DNA from: Macrostomum hystrix
Taxonomy: Eukaryota > Animalia > Platyhelminthes
Assembly (NCBI GenBank): GCA_950097015.1
Contig: CATNEN010000001.1
Span: 12,586,001-12,650,000, forward strand
Direction of reading: 5' to 3'
DNA length: 64,000 bases
Below are positions 36,001 through 48,000 of the stretch, piece after piece (the first letter of the stretch is position 1; every line of letters begins with the position of its first letter). Below the pieces are notes generated by a model. It was given only the letters and a program-made list of their open reading frames with translations. It was not told where the DNA came from and did not search any database. The position numbers and the translations under genes were made by a program.

Positions 36001-39000
36001 CGGCAGCAGCAGCAGCAATGCAATGTCATAACTTATGCTCAACACGTCCACTTGTCTGTTCTGCTGGCGCAATTTTAGTTGCGGAAAAGCTGAGAATACC
36101 CCCCCCAAAAAAACTAGAGACACCCGCTTGCCAGATCTTCGTAGTACATTGTACCAGGCTTTTCTACGGCTGAGAAATTTGTGTCATGGCTTATAATTAC
36201 CATACTTATTACCATAATTACTTTGACTCATACTAGACATGAGATAGTGTGAGGTTGAGTAGGGTGGAGCTTTGAGATTTGAGAGTAGGGTAGAGTGCGA
36301 GAACTCTCTCTCTAGAACAGGTGAAACTCTCTCTCTAGAACAGGTGAAACTCTCACTCTAGAACAGGTAAAACTCACTCTCTAGAACAGGTGAAACTCTC
36401 ACTCTAGAACAGGTGAAACTCTCTCTAGAACAGGTGAAACTCTCTCTCTAGAACAGGTGAAACTCTCACTCTAGAACAGGTGAAACTCTCTCTAGAACAG
36501 GTGAAACTCTCTCTCTAGAACAGGTGAAACTCTCTCTCTAGAACAGGTGAAACTCACTCTCTAGAACGGGTGAAACTCTCACTCTAGAACAGGTGAAACT
36601 CTCTCTCTAGAACAGGTGAAACTCTCACTCTAGAACAGGTGAAACTCTCTCTAGAACAGGTGAAACTCTCTCTCTAGAACAGGTGAAACTCACTCTCTAG
36701 AACAGGTGAAACTCTCACTCTAGAACAGGTGAAACTCTTCCAATAACAGGTGAAACTCTCTCTTTAGAACACTTAAAACTCTCTCTCTAGAACAGTTAAA
36801 ACTCTCTCTCTAGAACAGGTGGAACACTCTCTAGAACAGCTGAAACACTCCCAAGAACAGGTGAAACACTCTCTAGAACAGCTGAAACACTCCCAAGAAC
36901 AGGTGAAACACTCTCTAGAACAGCTGAAACACTCTCTAGAACAGGTGAAACACTCCCGAAAACAGGTGAAACACTCTCTAGAACAGGTGAAACACTCTCT
37001 AGAACAGGTAAAACACTCCCAAGAACAGGTGAAACTCTCCCAAGAACAGGTGAAACACTCTCTAGAACAGGTGAAACTCTCACAAGAACAGGTGAAACAC
37101 TCTCTAGAACAGGTGAAACACTCTCTAGAACAGGTGAAACTCTCACAAGAACAGGTGAAACACTCTCTAGAACAGGTGAAACTCTCTCTAGAACAGGTTA
37201 AGCAGTCTTTAGAACAGATTAGACTCTCTGTAGAACGGATGTTACAGTCTGTTTAACACCTCTACTTATCCCACTATAAGAATATTTTTATTGATCATTA
37301 ACAAAAACTATAACTAAAAAATTGGTAGGTGATAAAACATTGAACCTGGCCCTAGCTATGCAGTAAATCACAACACTCAAACATTCACACAAGCTTCACC
37401 GCCAAAGACAGTAATCGAGAGATCAAAGAGAGAAAAGTAGAACGGGTCAGTGACTTGAGCACACCATATGAGTAGTCTATTTGACAGTCTATCAGCCCCT
37501 ATAACTTATACCACTAATCAATATTTAACAATGATGAGTGTCTTGGCTATAACAGATTCACTGCTGGATAAAATATCTGGGGGAAAAAGCGATAAAGCCG
37601 ATTGTTCAACGAACGCTGACTTTTTTGTTGACCCAACTGCTCAGATACAACAATGGCAATTGTACTTTTTCAACGATGCGTTAAATACTCAGTATCGGAC
37701 ATTGAATAGACTTCTTTTAAACTAAAAAAATGGTAGCTTGAATGGAGAATGATAGCTCAAACTGACCATAAACTATACTCAAATCTAACCATAAACCGTA
37801 CTGAAATTTCATACTAAACTGTACTCAAATCTCACCCTAAACTGTACTCAAATCTCACCCTAAACTGTACTTAAATCTCATAAAAAACCGTACTCCAATC
37901 TCACCCTTAACTGTACTCAAATCTAATCCTAATTTTTACTAAAATCACACACTAAGTTTTAATCTTAGAACATTTCAATTCAAATTTCAAATTACACTCT
38001 AAAACTGTACTCAAATCTCATACTAAACTGCACTCAAATCTCACACTAAACTGTACCCAAATCTCATACTAAAATGTACTCAAATCTCATACTAAACTGT
38101 ACTCAAATCTCATACTAAACTGTACTCAAATCTCGCACTAAACTGTACTCAAATCTCGCACTAAACTGTACTCAAATCTCAGACTAAAATGTACTCAAAT
38201 CTCATACTAAACTGCACTCAAATCTCACACTAAACTGTACTCAAATCTCATACTAAAATGTACTCAAATCTCATACTAAACTGTACTCAAATCTCATACT
38301 AAACTGTACTCAAATCTCGCACTAAACTGTACTCAAATCTCGCACTAAACTGTACTCAAATCTCACACTAAACTGTACTCAAATCTCAGACTAAAATGTA
38401 CTCAAATCTCATACTAAACTGTACTCAAATCTCATACTAAACTGTACTCAAATCTCATACTAAAATGTACTCAAATCTCATACTAAACTGTACTCAAATC
38501 TCATACTAAACTGTACTCAAATCTCGCACTAAACTGTACTCAAATCTCGCACTAAAATGTACTCAAATCTCATACTAAACTGCACTTAAATCTCACACTA
38601 AACTGTACTCAAATCTCAGACTAAAATGTACTCAAATCTCATACTAAACTGTACTCAAATCTCACACTAAACTGTACTCAAATATCATACTAAAATGTAC
38701 TCAAATCTCATACTAAACTGTACTCAAATCTCATACTAAACTGTACTCAAATCTCACACTAAACTGTACTCAAATCTCTTACTAAACTGTACTCAAATCT
38801 CACACTAAACTGTACTCAAATCTCAGACTAAAATGTACTCAAATCGCATACTAAACTGTACTCAAATCTCACACTAAACTGTACTCAAATCTTTCTCCAC
38901 TCACCCTGAGCAAACTTGGACGCCATCAGCAGCGACACCAGAGCAGCGCCGAAGCCGTGGCCCATCAGGGTCAGGTTGGTCGGGTCGCCGCCAAACTGGG

Positions 39001-42000
39001 CGACGTTGACGTGCACCCATTGGACAGCGTCCCGGAGATCCATCAGAGCGTAGTTGCCCTTGGCTGCTCCGTTCTCGGTGGCGAAAAAGCCTTTTCATTT
39101 TTTGGGTTTGTTTTCGTAAAACATTTATATTATTATAGAGAATGTACTTTAACGACATGTTTGACCGCCATGACTCAAAACTGACTTCCTGACCCATTAA
39201 CTGAATTCCTGACCCAGAACTAAATTCCCGACCCAGAACTGACTTCCTCCTGAGCAAAAACTGAATTCCTGACCCAGAACTAAATTCCCGACCCAGAACT
39301 GAATTCCTGACCCAAAACTGAATTCCTGACCCAAAACTGAATTCCTGACCCAGAACTGAATTCCTGACCCAAAACTGAATTCCTGACCCAGAACTGAATT
39401 CCTGACCCAGAACTGAATTCCTGACCCAGAACTGAATTCCTGACCCAGAACTGAATTCCTGACCCAGAACTGACTTCCTCACCCAGAACTGAATTCCTGA
39501 CCCAAAACTGAATTCCTGACCCAGAACTGAATTCCTGACCCAGAACTGAATTCCTGACCCAGAACTGACTTCCTCACCCAGAACTGACTTCCTGACCCAT
39601 TAACTGAATTCCTGACCCAGAACTGAATTCCTGATCCATTAACTGAATTCCTGACCCAGAACTGACTTCCTCACCCAGAACTGACTTCCTGACCCATTAA
39701 CTGAATTCCTGACCCAGAACTGAATTCCTGACCCAAAACTGAATTCCTGACCCAGAACTGAATACCTGACCCAGAACTGAATTCCTGACCCAGAACTGAA
39801 TACCTGACCCAGAACTGAATTCCTGACCCATTAACTGAGTTCCTGACCCAGAACTAAATTCCTGACCCATTAACTGAATTCCTGACCCAAAACTGAATTC
39901 CTGACCCAGAACTGAATTCCTGACCCAAAACTGAATTCCTGACCCATTAACTGAATTCCTGACCCAGAACTGAATACCTGACCAAGCTGAGCCACACAGC
40001 AACTCACCCAGAGTGCCCACTCGGTAGTTGATTGTTACGGCAACCAGCTGGTTGAAGCTGGCAAACACGCTGAGATCGTAGGCGTTGCCCGTGCCCCATT
40101 CGTAGCTCTCGCCGTGAACAAAAATCACAACCGGCAGAGGAGGGCCCTGATTGGCTCCAGGCTCTGTTTGAAAAAAAAGTGGATTATCATAAAAGTACAT
40201 TTGATAAGGTACTTATTTTTGAAAAAAACATAATTTAATTCTCTTTTTAATATTAAAAAGGTTTTTATAGTAGTTTATTTCAGGAAACTACAATGTAAAA
40301 ATGAATCATATATCCTTCGTCAGAGCGTCATTCAGACAGAAATTCTACCTGTTAGACAAGCAGTCCTACCTTTTTACATCGGTAATCAAGTGTTTTAGAT
40401 GTGAAATTCTACCTGATACATCGGTAATCGTGCTTGATTAGGAATCCTACCTTCTAGATCAATAATCTTAAATGTCAGATCGGTAATCCTACCTGTTAGA
40501 TCAGTAATCCTACATGTAAGATCAGTAATCCTACATGTAAGATCAGTAATCCTACATGTTAGATCGGTAATCCTACCTGTTAGATCGGTAATCCTACATG
40601 TCAGATCGGTAATCCTACATGTCAGATCGGTAATCCTACCTGTTAGATCGGTAATCCTACATGTCAGATCGGTAATCCTACCTGTTAGATCGGTAATCCT
40701 ACCTGTTAGATCGGTAATCCTACCTGTTAGATCGGTAATCCTACATGTCAGATCGGTAATCCTACATGTCAGATCGGTAATCCTACCTGTTAGATCGGTA
40801 ATCCTACCTGTCAGATCAGTAATCCTACATGTAAGATCGGTAATCCTACATGTTAGATCGGTAATCCTACATGTTAGATCGGTAATCCTACATGTAAGAT
40901 CAGTAATCCTACCTGTTAGATCGGTAATCCTACATGTTAGATCATTAATCCTACCTGTTAGATCGGTAATTCTACCTGTTAGATCAGTAATCCTACATGT
41001 TAGATCGGTAATCCTACCTGTTAGATCGGTAATCCTACATGTTAGATCGGTAATCCTACATGTAAGATCAGTAATCCTACCTGTTAGATCGGTAATCCTA
41101 CATGTTAGATCGGTAATCCTACATGTTAGATCGGTAATCCTACCTGTTAGATCGGTAATCCTACATGTTAGATCGGTAATCCTACCTGTCAGATCGGTAA
41201 TCCTACCTGTTAGTTCGGTAATCAGGTAGATAGTAAGTTATGTGGAATCAATATAAATCTAAATTTGTCATAAGAGAATGCACAAACAACAGAAAGGAAG
41301 TAATGTGAATTTCTCAGAGTAGCAGTTTAAAATTAGAAATTTCTTCTGTTTGTCCGTTAATTTTGTCGACCTAAACAGCAGGGTAGGAAACCAAAATAAA
41401 GGAAAAGGAAACAAGACAATAGCCGATGAAGACCCTTTAGGAAACCCGCCCTTTCCCCTAGCAACAAAGGTTGGAAGATCGTCAGGAAATGAATAATCAG
41501 GAAACGGCATTACAATCTTTCTTCCAGTAGATCAGAGAAAGCAGCAGGAGGTACTGTCCCATAGCCGTCCCCAAGTATTTCAAGAAAACTGAATCACTAT
41601 AGCAATTTTACCTCCGATCAAGTCTGCGTCCCGATGACACACACACAATGTGTCCAGTCGAGTGACAAAATAATGAGTACAAGATAATGATGTAGGCGTC
41701 AAGTTGGATTGAAAGTAGAAGAGAAATTTGTCTACGTCTAGTCTGCGTGTCTAAGATAAACTTTACTTTTTAAAGGTAAACGGCGAGAGTAACTATTAAT
41801 TTGTCTACAATAGTTAGATGACTCGTCATCTAAAAAGTACTTATTCTTTGCAACGAAATTCTTAATATGGCAGATGTTATACGGGCTAGGGAATAAGTTT
41901 AGTATCAGATTCGCATCGCTTGGGTTCTGGTCAAAGCCAATTTTAGGACCGCCTCGAGGTCTAGTCAAGATGAGGAAGGAGATTTAAAATAGAGAAGGGG

Positions 42001-45000
42001 CAAGTGAAACAGCACGGCAACAAATATAATTGAGCCTTTGTGCGTTTCTACGGGGCAGTTGAGCAGATGCGAACTGGGAGACTGGCTGCCTAATTAGATG
42101 GGGCGATGAAGAGAATGGCTACAGATGAGAGACTGCGAAACTCAAGAATTAGTTAGCCGAAAATGATGGCACCGCTAAAAGAAACTGATACTGCTCAAGA
42201 ATAAATTTGTCAAGACTGGCAATGCTCAGGAAACTGCTCAATAAGGAAACTGCTCGATTTGGAAACTGCTCAATAAGGAAACTGCTCAATAAGGAAACTG
42301 CTCGATTTGGAAACTGCTCAATAAGGAAACTGCTCAATATGGAAACTGCTTAATTTAGAAACTGCTCAATAAGGAAACTGTTCAGTAAGGAAACTACTCA
42401 ACATGGAAACTGCTCAAGAATGACATTACTCAAGTTGGAAACTGCTCAAGAATGACATTAATCAAGTTGGAAACTGCTCAAGAATGGTATTAATCAAGTT
42501 GGAAACTGCTCAAGAATGACATTACTCAAGTTGGAAACTGCTCAAGAATGACATTAATCAAGTTGGAAACTGCTCAAGAATGACATTAATCAAGTTGGAA
42601 ACTGCTCAAGAATGACATTACTCAAGTTGGAAACTGCTCAAGAATGGTATTAATCAAGTTGGAAACTGCTCAAGAATGACATTACTCAAGTTGGAAACTG
42701 CTCAAGAATGACATTACTCAAGTTGGAAACTGCTCAAGAATGGTATTAATCAAGTTGGAAACTGCTCAAGAATGACATTACTCAAGTTGGAAACTGCTCA
42801 AGAATGACATTACTCAAGTTGGAAACTGCTCAAGAATGACATTACTCAAGTTGGAAACTGCTCAAGAATGACATTACTCAAGTTGGAAACTGCTCAAGAA
42901 TGACATTACTCAAGTTGGAAACTGCTCAGGAATGACATTACTCAAGTTGGAAACTGCTCAAAAACAGCATTAAGTTGAATGCTGCTTGAGTATGGTGGTG
43001 TTATTAAACTAAATTTTCAGGCCCTGAATACATCACAGAACTGTCCGACACCCATTTTGTAGCATGTATGAAGAAATGAAGAAAAATATTGAAATATTAA
43101 AAAACTGCTTATTTGAAATTTTTTTCAACACGCAGTAATTCTAAGAACTAGCTTGAATTTAAATTTACGGTTCGCCTCATACGATATATTTTATAGATTT
43201 TATAATTGGAGAAAATAACTTGAAAAGGATGTGGACGTGAACATTTAAAGTGAAAATGCAAGACAGATACCAAGTAAAGTACAAAGTTTACGAGCAAATC
43301 TAAACTGCAGAATGCTGATGCAAACGAGGCTACCGTTTTGTTTGTAATTAACAATGAGAAAAAATTAAAACAGATTGAAAATTGTGAGGAAAACAATACG
43401 ATTTAAATAAAAAAATAAATAGTACAATTATTTTGAAACGAATTGAATATGAGAATATTTTATGTACAGAAGATATAGATAGGAGATTAAAATGTCTAAA
43501 CTTTCAACATGAAAGGTTTAATATTAATAGTCTTAGGGGGGTCTGTAGCCTACGGTCAAAGACCCCTAGAGGGAGGTCAGTAGCCTACGGTCAAAGACCC
43601 CTAGAGGGAGGTCAGTAGCCTACGTTCAAAGACCCCTAGAGGGAGGTCAGTAGCCTACGGTCAAAGACCCCTAGAGGGAGGTCAGTAGCCTACGGTCAAA
43701 GACCCCTAGAGGGAGGTCAGTAGCCTACGGTCAAAGACCCCTAGAGGGAGGTCAGTAGCCTACGGTCAAAGACCCCTAGAGGGAGGTCAGTAGCCTACGG
43801 TCAAAGACCCCTAGAGGGAGGTCAGTAGCCTACGGTCAACGACCCCTAGAGGGAGGTCAGTAGCCTACGGTCTACTCGTATTAACCCACGGTCAAAAGAC
43901 CCATAGGCGGTTAGTAACCCACGAAGAACTGTAGGGGAGGTCACTAGCCTACGGTCAAACTAACCCAGAGTTCACTAGCCCCCTGTAAAGTCCTGCTGTC
44001 GTCCACAGACAATTTGCATTTCAATCCTTAATTCAGTTAGCAACCAGGTGGTACCGGGTGAAAATCGGCCAAAGGTTTGGCAAGTTTGTGCCGCACAAAA
44101 AATGAAGCAATAACTTCGGCCACGTGTTCAGGATGATCCTCGTGAACAGCGTGGCCGGATCTAGGCAGAACCTGCATCTGGAATTTGCCCTGCATCTGGC
44201 CAACGGTGAGTTCGCGATCGAGTCGGTCTACACCGGCTAGTAGGAGTAATTTTGCTGCCGGAGCTTCAAGAAATTTGCGCGACATGCCAACGAACCAGTC
44301 GGACCAGAAGGTCTCGGTGCGGCCCAGATCGATGCGCCAAGTGAAATGCCGCTTATTTGGATCAACCTGTTGGGGGGACCGATAGCCTGGCCAATCAGGC
44401 GATGATCCAGCAGCAGCTGTTGTAGGCGGTAAAGGCGGCTTGTTTGATCTAGCATTCAACAACGCCGGACCACGTAGCGCCAGATTTGGCAGCCGAGAAG
44501 GCTGACCTTCTGCTGTCTCCTCATCTTCTTCTGGTTCTTCGCTGATGGCGGAACCGATGATTCCATGCCTAGCTGGTGCCGGCTTCGTATGAAGCTCCTG
44601 CGAAGGCTCTGGAGAACACTGCTGATCAGAGTCCGGGCTAACCAGTTTGAGATGGCCAGGAAAGCTAACCCGAGACGATTCAAGATTGCGGACGGTGCCA
44701 GATCGGTGGCACCACTGGATGGCTACTGGCAAGCTGGGGAACCTGCTAGGCCGGCTAGCCAAGAAACCACGCATGCTGCTGAGAGCCTCCATGGCCGAGC
44801 CTTCCACAACGTCGATAACAACAAGAGCGCTGACTGGCAATGGGCTAAGATTGCCGTGAGCCAGATGGGTGGCAATGGCGCCGCCCATGCTGTGACCAAT
44901 CAGGACAAGGCTGGCCGGAGGATTCGCAGCGAAAGCCGGAGTCTCAAGCAGGCAGCCAAGGACAGATGCGGCATCGTTGGCTAGAGTGTCGATGGAGAAA

Positions 45001-48000
45001 TCGTCGTCCTGCTGACGATCGTCCAATTGAGTATCGCCGTGACCTCGAATATCAACGGCAACACAACGGCAGACAGTTTTAGTGACCAGACTGGAACACA
45101 TGGCGGCCCAGGACAATCCGGAGAAGCCGCCGCCATGCAGAAGGAACAGAAGCGGAACCGCCTCAGCTGATACAGACGAGCTGCAGTTGTTGACATGTGC
45201 GACGTCAGACTCCTTGACGTAGTAGCAGAAGGAGCCGCCGCCGCCTGGTCGGTCTATTTTAGCAACCTCTCGCCTGTCAAAGTAGGTATCCCATGGCAAC
45301 GGGTCAAAGCAGGGCGGCTGACCACCCGCGTGAGGCGAGGTTGGAGATGAGGCAGTCGATGACGCTCTAGGCGGTAACGGGGCCTTGTTTGGAAGGCCGC
45401 GCATCGGTTTCATAGTTTTTCTACCGTCTGCTGCCAGTTGCTCGATAGGTTAAATTTTTTTTATTTTTTTATTTAAAAACGTTGGGATTTTGCTGGAAGG
45501 AATACAATGTCCTAGGTGAACTTTCAGAATTCTTACATCTTCGCTGTCACATAGACTTCAATAAAAAATAGACTCCCAGAACCTACCTTTTCAGGTTCTC
45601 AATTCAAACTCCACTCTTCTAGAATCTCACTCCTGAATGAACTTTCTTAGAATCTCACTCCTGAATCTACTTTCTTAGAATCTCACTCCTGAATGAACTT
45701 TCTTAGAATCTCACTCCTGAATCTACTTTCTTAGAATCTCACTCCTGAATCTATTGTCCTAAAGTCTCACTCATAGATCAACTGCCATAGAACCTTACCC
45801 CTAGATCTACTGTCCTATAATCTCACCCCTATATCTAAACGTTCCTAGAATCTCACCCCTTAGCCCTAGATCTACTCTCCTAGAATCTCACCCCTTAGCC
45901 CTAGATCTACTGTCCTAGAATCTCACCCCTAGATCTACTGTCCTATATTCTAACCCCTAGATCAATTGTCCTAGAATCTCACCCCTAGATCTACTGTCCT
46001 AGAATCTCACCCCTAGATCTACTGTCCTATATTCTAACCCCTAGATCAATTGTCCTAGAATCTCACCCCTAGATCTACTGTCCTAGAATCTCACCCCTAG
46101 ATCTACTGTCCTAGAATTTCACCCTTAGATCTACTGTCCTAGAATCTCACCCCTAGATCTACTGTCCTATACTTGCCGTGCCTAAATTTTTAATGGCCTT
46201 TTTATCAATCTCAGACGATAATACAGCACATATAATAAACAGTACCTAATTCATACAGTCTATAAATTATTATTACTCTAGACATATAAAAATAGGCAAA
46301 AAGCTGAAACCAAATTATCGTTTCTAAACTGATAAGCTAAGCCATTAACTTTGGCGGCGAAATTTAAAATCCCAAAAGGCATACACACTCTCAGAAAGTC
46401 AATAATCAACATTAAGTTTTTCTCGAAGAAATTATTAAAAATAACCCGCTCAAGCTTAGGGAGAGATTTTTTATTGAGATTTTTTCCCTAAACAATTGCT
46501 GATATAATGATTGGTAGTCAGTATAACCAGTAACACTAGAGCATATACATATTTTATAGATATGAGCAAGAATTCGATGAGTTCTTGTTCCACTCCTCAT
46601 TCTCAGTCGATCTTCATCAATAGTTGCGTGGCAAGTAGTGGCAGGAGGGGGTTGGCGATAGGGAGGCTGGGCACTTTATCGCATCTGACAGACTTGAAAA
46701 CGCAATGGGAATTAAGGGGAGAAATTTCCCCCTTATGAATTAGTCTTTCCTTTTTTCTCTCTACCCCAGTCCCTTTGCGCTCTTCAGTCTCTAGTTATCG
46801 AGTCTCTCTCTCTAGGGTTGCCGAGGCCACTGGATTGAGTAAAGTGAGTCACTGGCTGTGTTTCTTAGAATTGGTTCTGCTTTTTTATTTCATCATGCTT
46901 CTAAAAGAGAGTCTGGTTTTGGCAGCCAAGTCAGTTGCAGAAGCATCGTCTAAGAGGGCCTTGGTAACTCATTTAGTCGAATACGAAATAAAAAATTGAA
47001 AGCATAAAATATCGTGTATTCCGATGGGTAAACGGCGCGAGTAACTATGCCTAACTACACGCCTCGTCATCTAATTAGTAAAGCCAAAAATATTGAACAA
47101 AACAAAAGCTTTCTCGAAGCCAAACACGAAACAGGTTAATCTATATAATGTAAGGCTAGGGTTTGGTCACAAGGTTTATTTAGATTTTACATTTTCCGCT
47201 TGCTCAACTGAATATTGATTGATTGATACATGGAGGTGATTGGGTTCAGTAGATGAAAGTTCTACGATTTAAACATTTTTACTGAATTTTTACTTTTTTC
47301 ATCTATGAGCACATAGACAGAGAACAAGCTCTACTGCTGGTTACTAAAGATGCAGAAACTAAAATAACAATGAGCCTTAAAATGAAGGCGAAGATGAGAG
47401 AATGCAGTATATGAGCTAAAAATAATGTAAGTAGGACAGATGGGTCTGTCTTACTCGTAGATGTCAATCTAGACCAGGGGTAGGCAAACTTATTTGCTGG
47501 CGGGCCAAAGAGAGAACCTAAAAGACGACAGCGGGCCGCATTGACTGTATAAATATGAGATAGTGGAGAGATGAGACATGAGAGAGATGAGACACGGGAG
47601 AGATAAGACAGGGAAGATATTAGACACGGGAGAGATTAGACACGGGAGAGATTAGACACGGGAGAGATGAGACACGGGAGAGATGAGACACGGGAGAGAT
47701 GAGACACGGGAGAGATTAGACACGGGAGAGATTAGACACGGGAGAGATTAGACACGGGAGAAATTAGACACGGGAGAGATGAGACACGGGAGAGATTAGA
47801 CACGGGAGAGATTAGACACGGGAGAGATTAGACACGGGAGAAATTAGACACGGGAGAGATTAGACACGGGAGAGATTAGACATGGGTGAAATTAGACACG
47901 GGAGAGATGAGACACGGGAGAGATGAGACACGGGAGAGATTAGACACGGGAGAAATTAGACACGGGAGAGATTAGACACGGGAGAGATTAGACACGGGAG

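Noticed and set aside
38950-38970. Active carboxylesterase/acetylcholinesterase
   Set aside because: The nucleophile motif is GHGFG (no Ser), and the protein has a TM segment and PDZ tail, so it is neuroligin-like.
43535-43872. CRISPR-like array (35-bp period); likewise 42420-42960
   Set aside because: Units are contiguous with no unique spacers; eukaryotic context with no cas genes.
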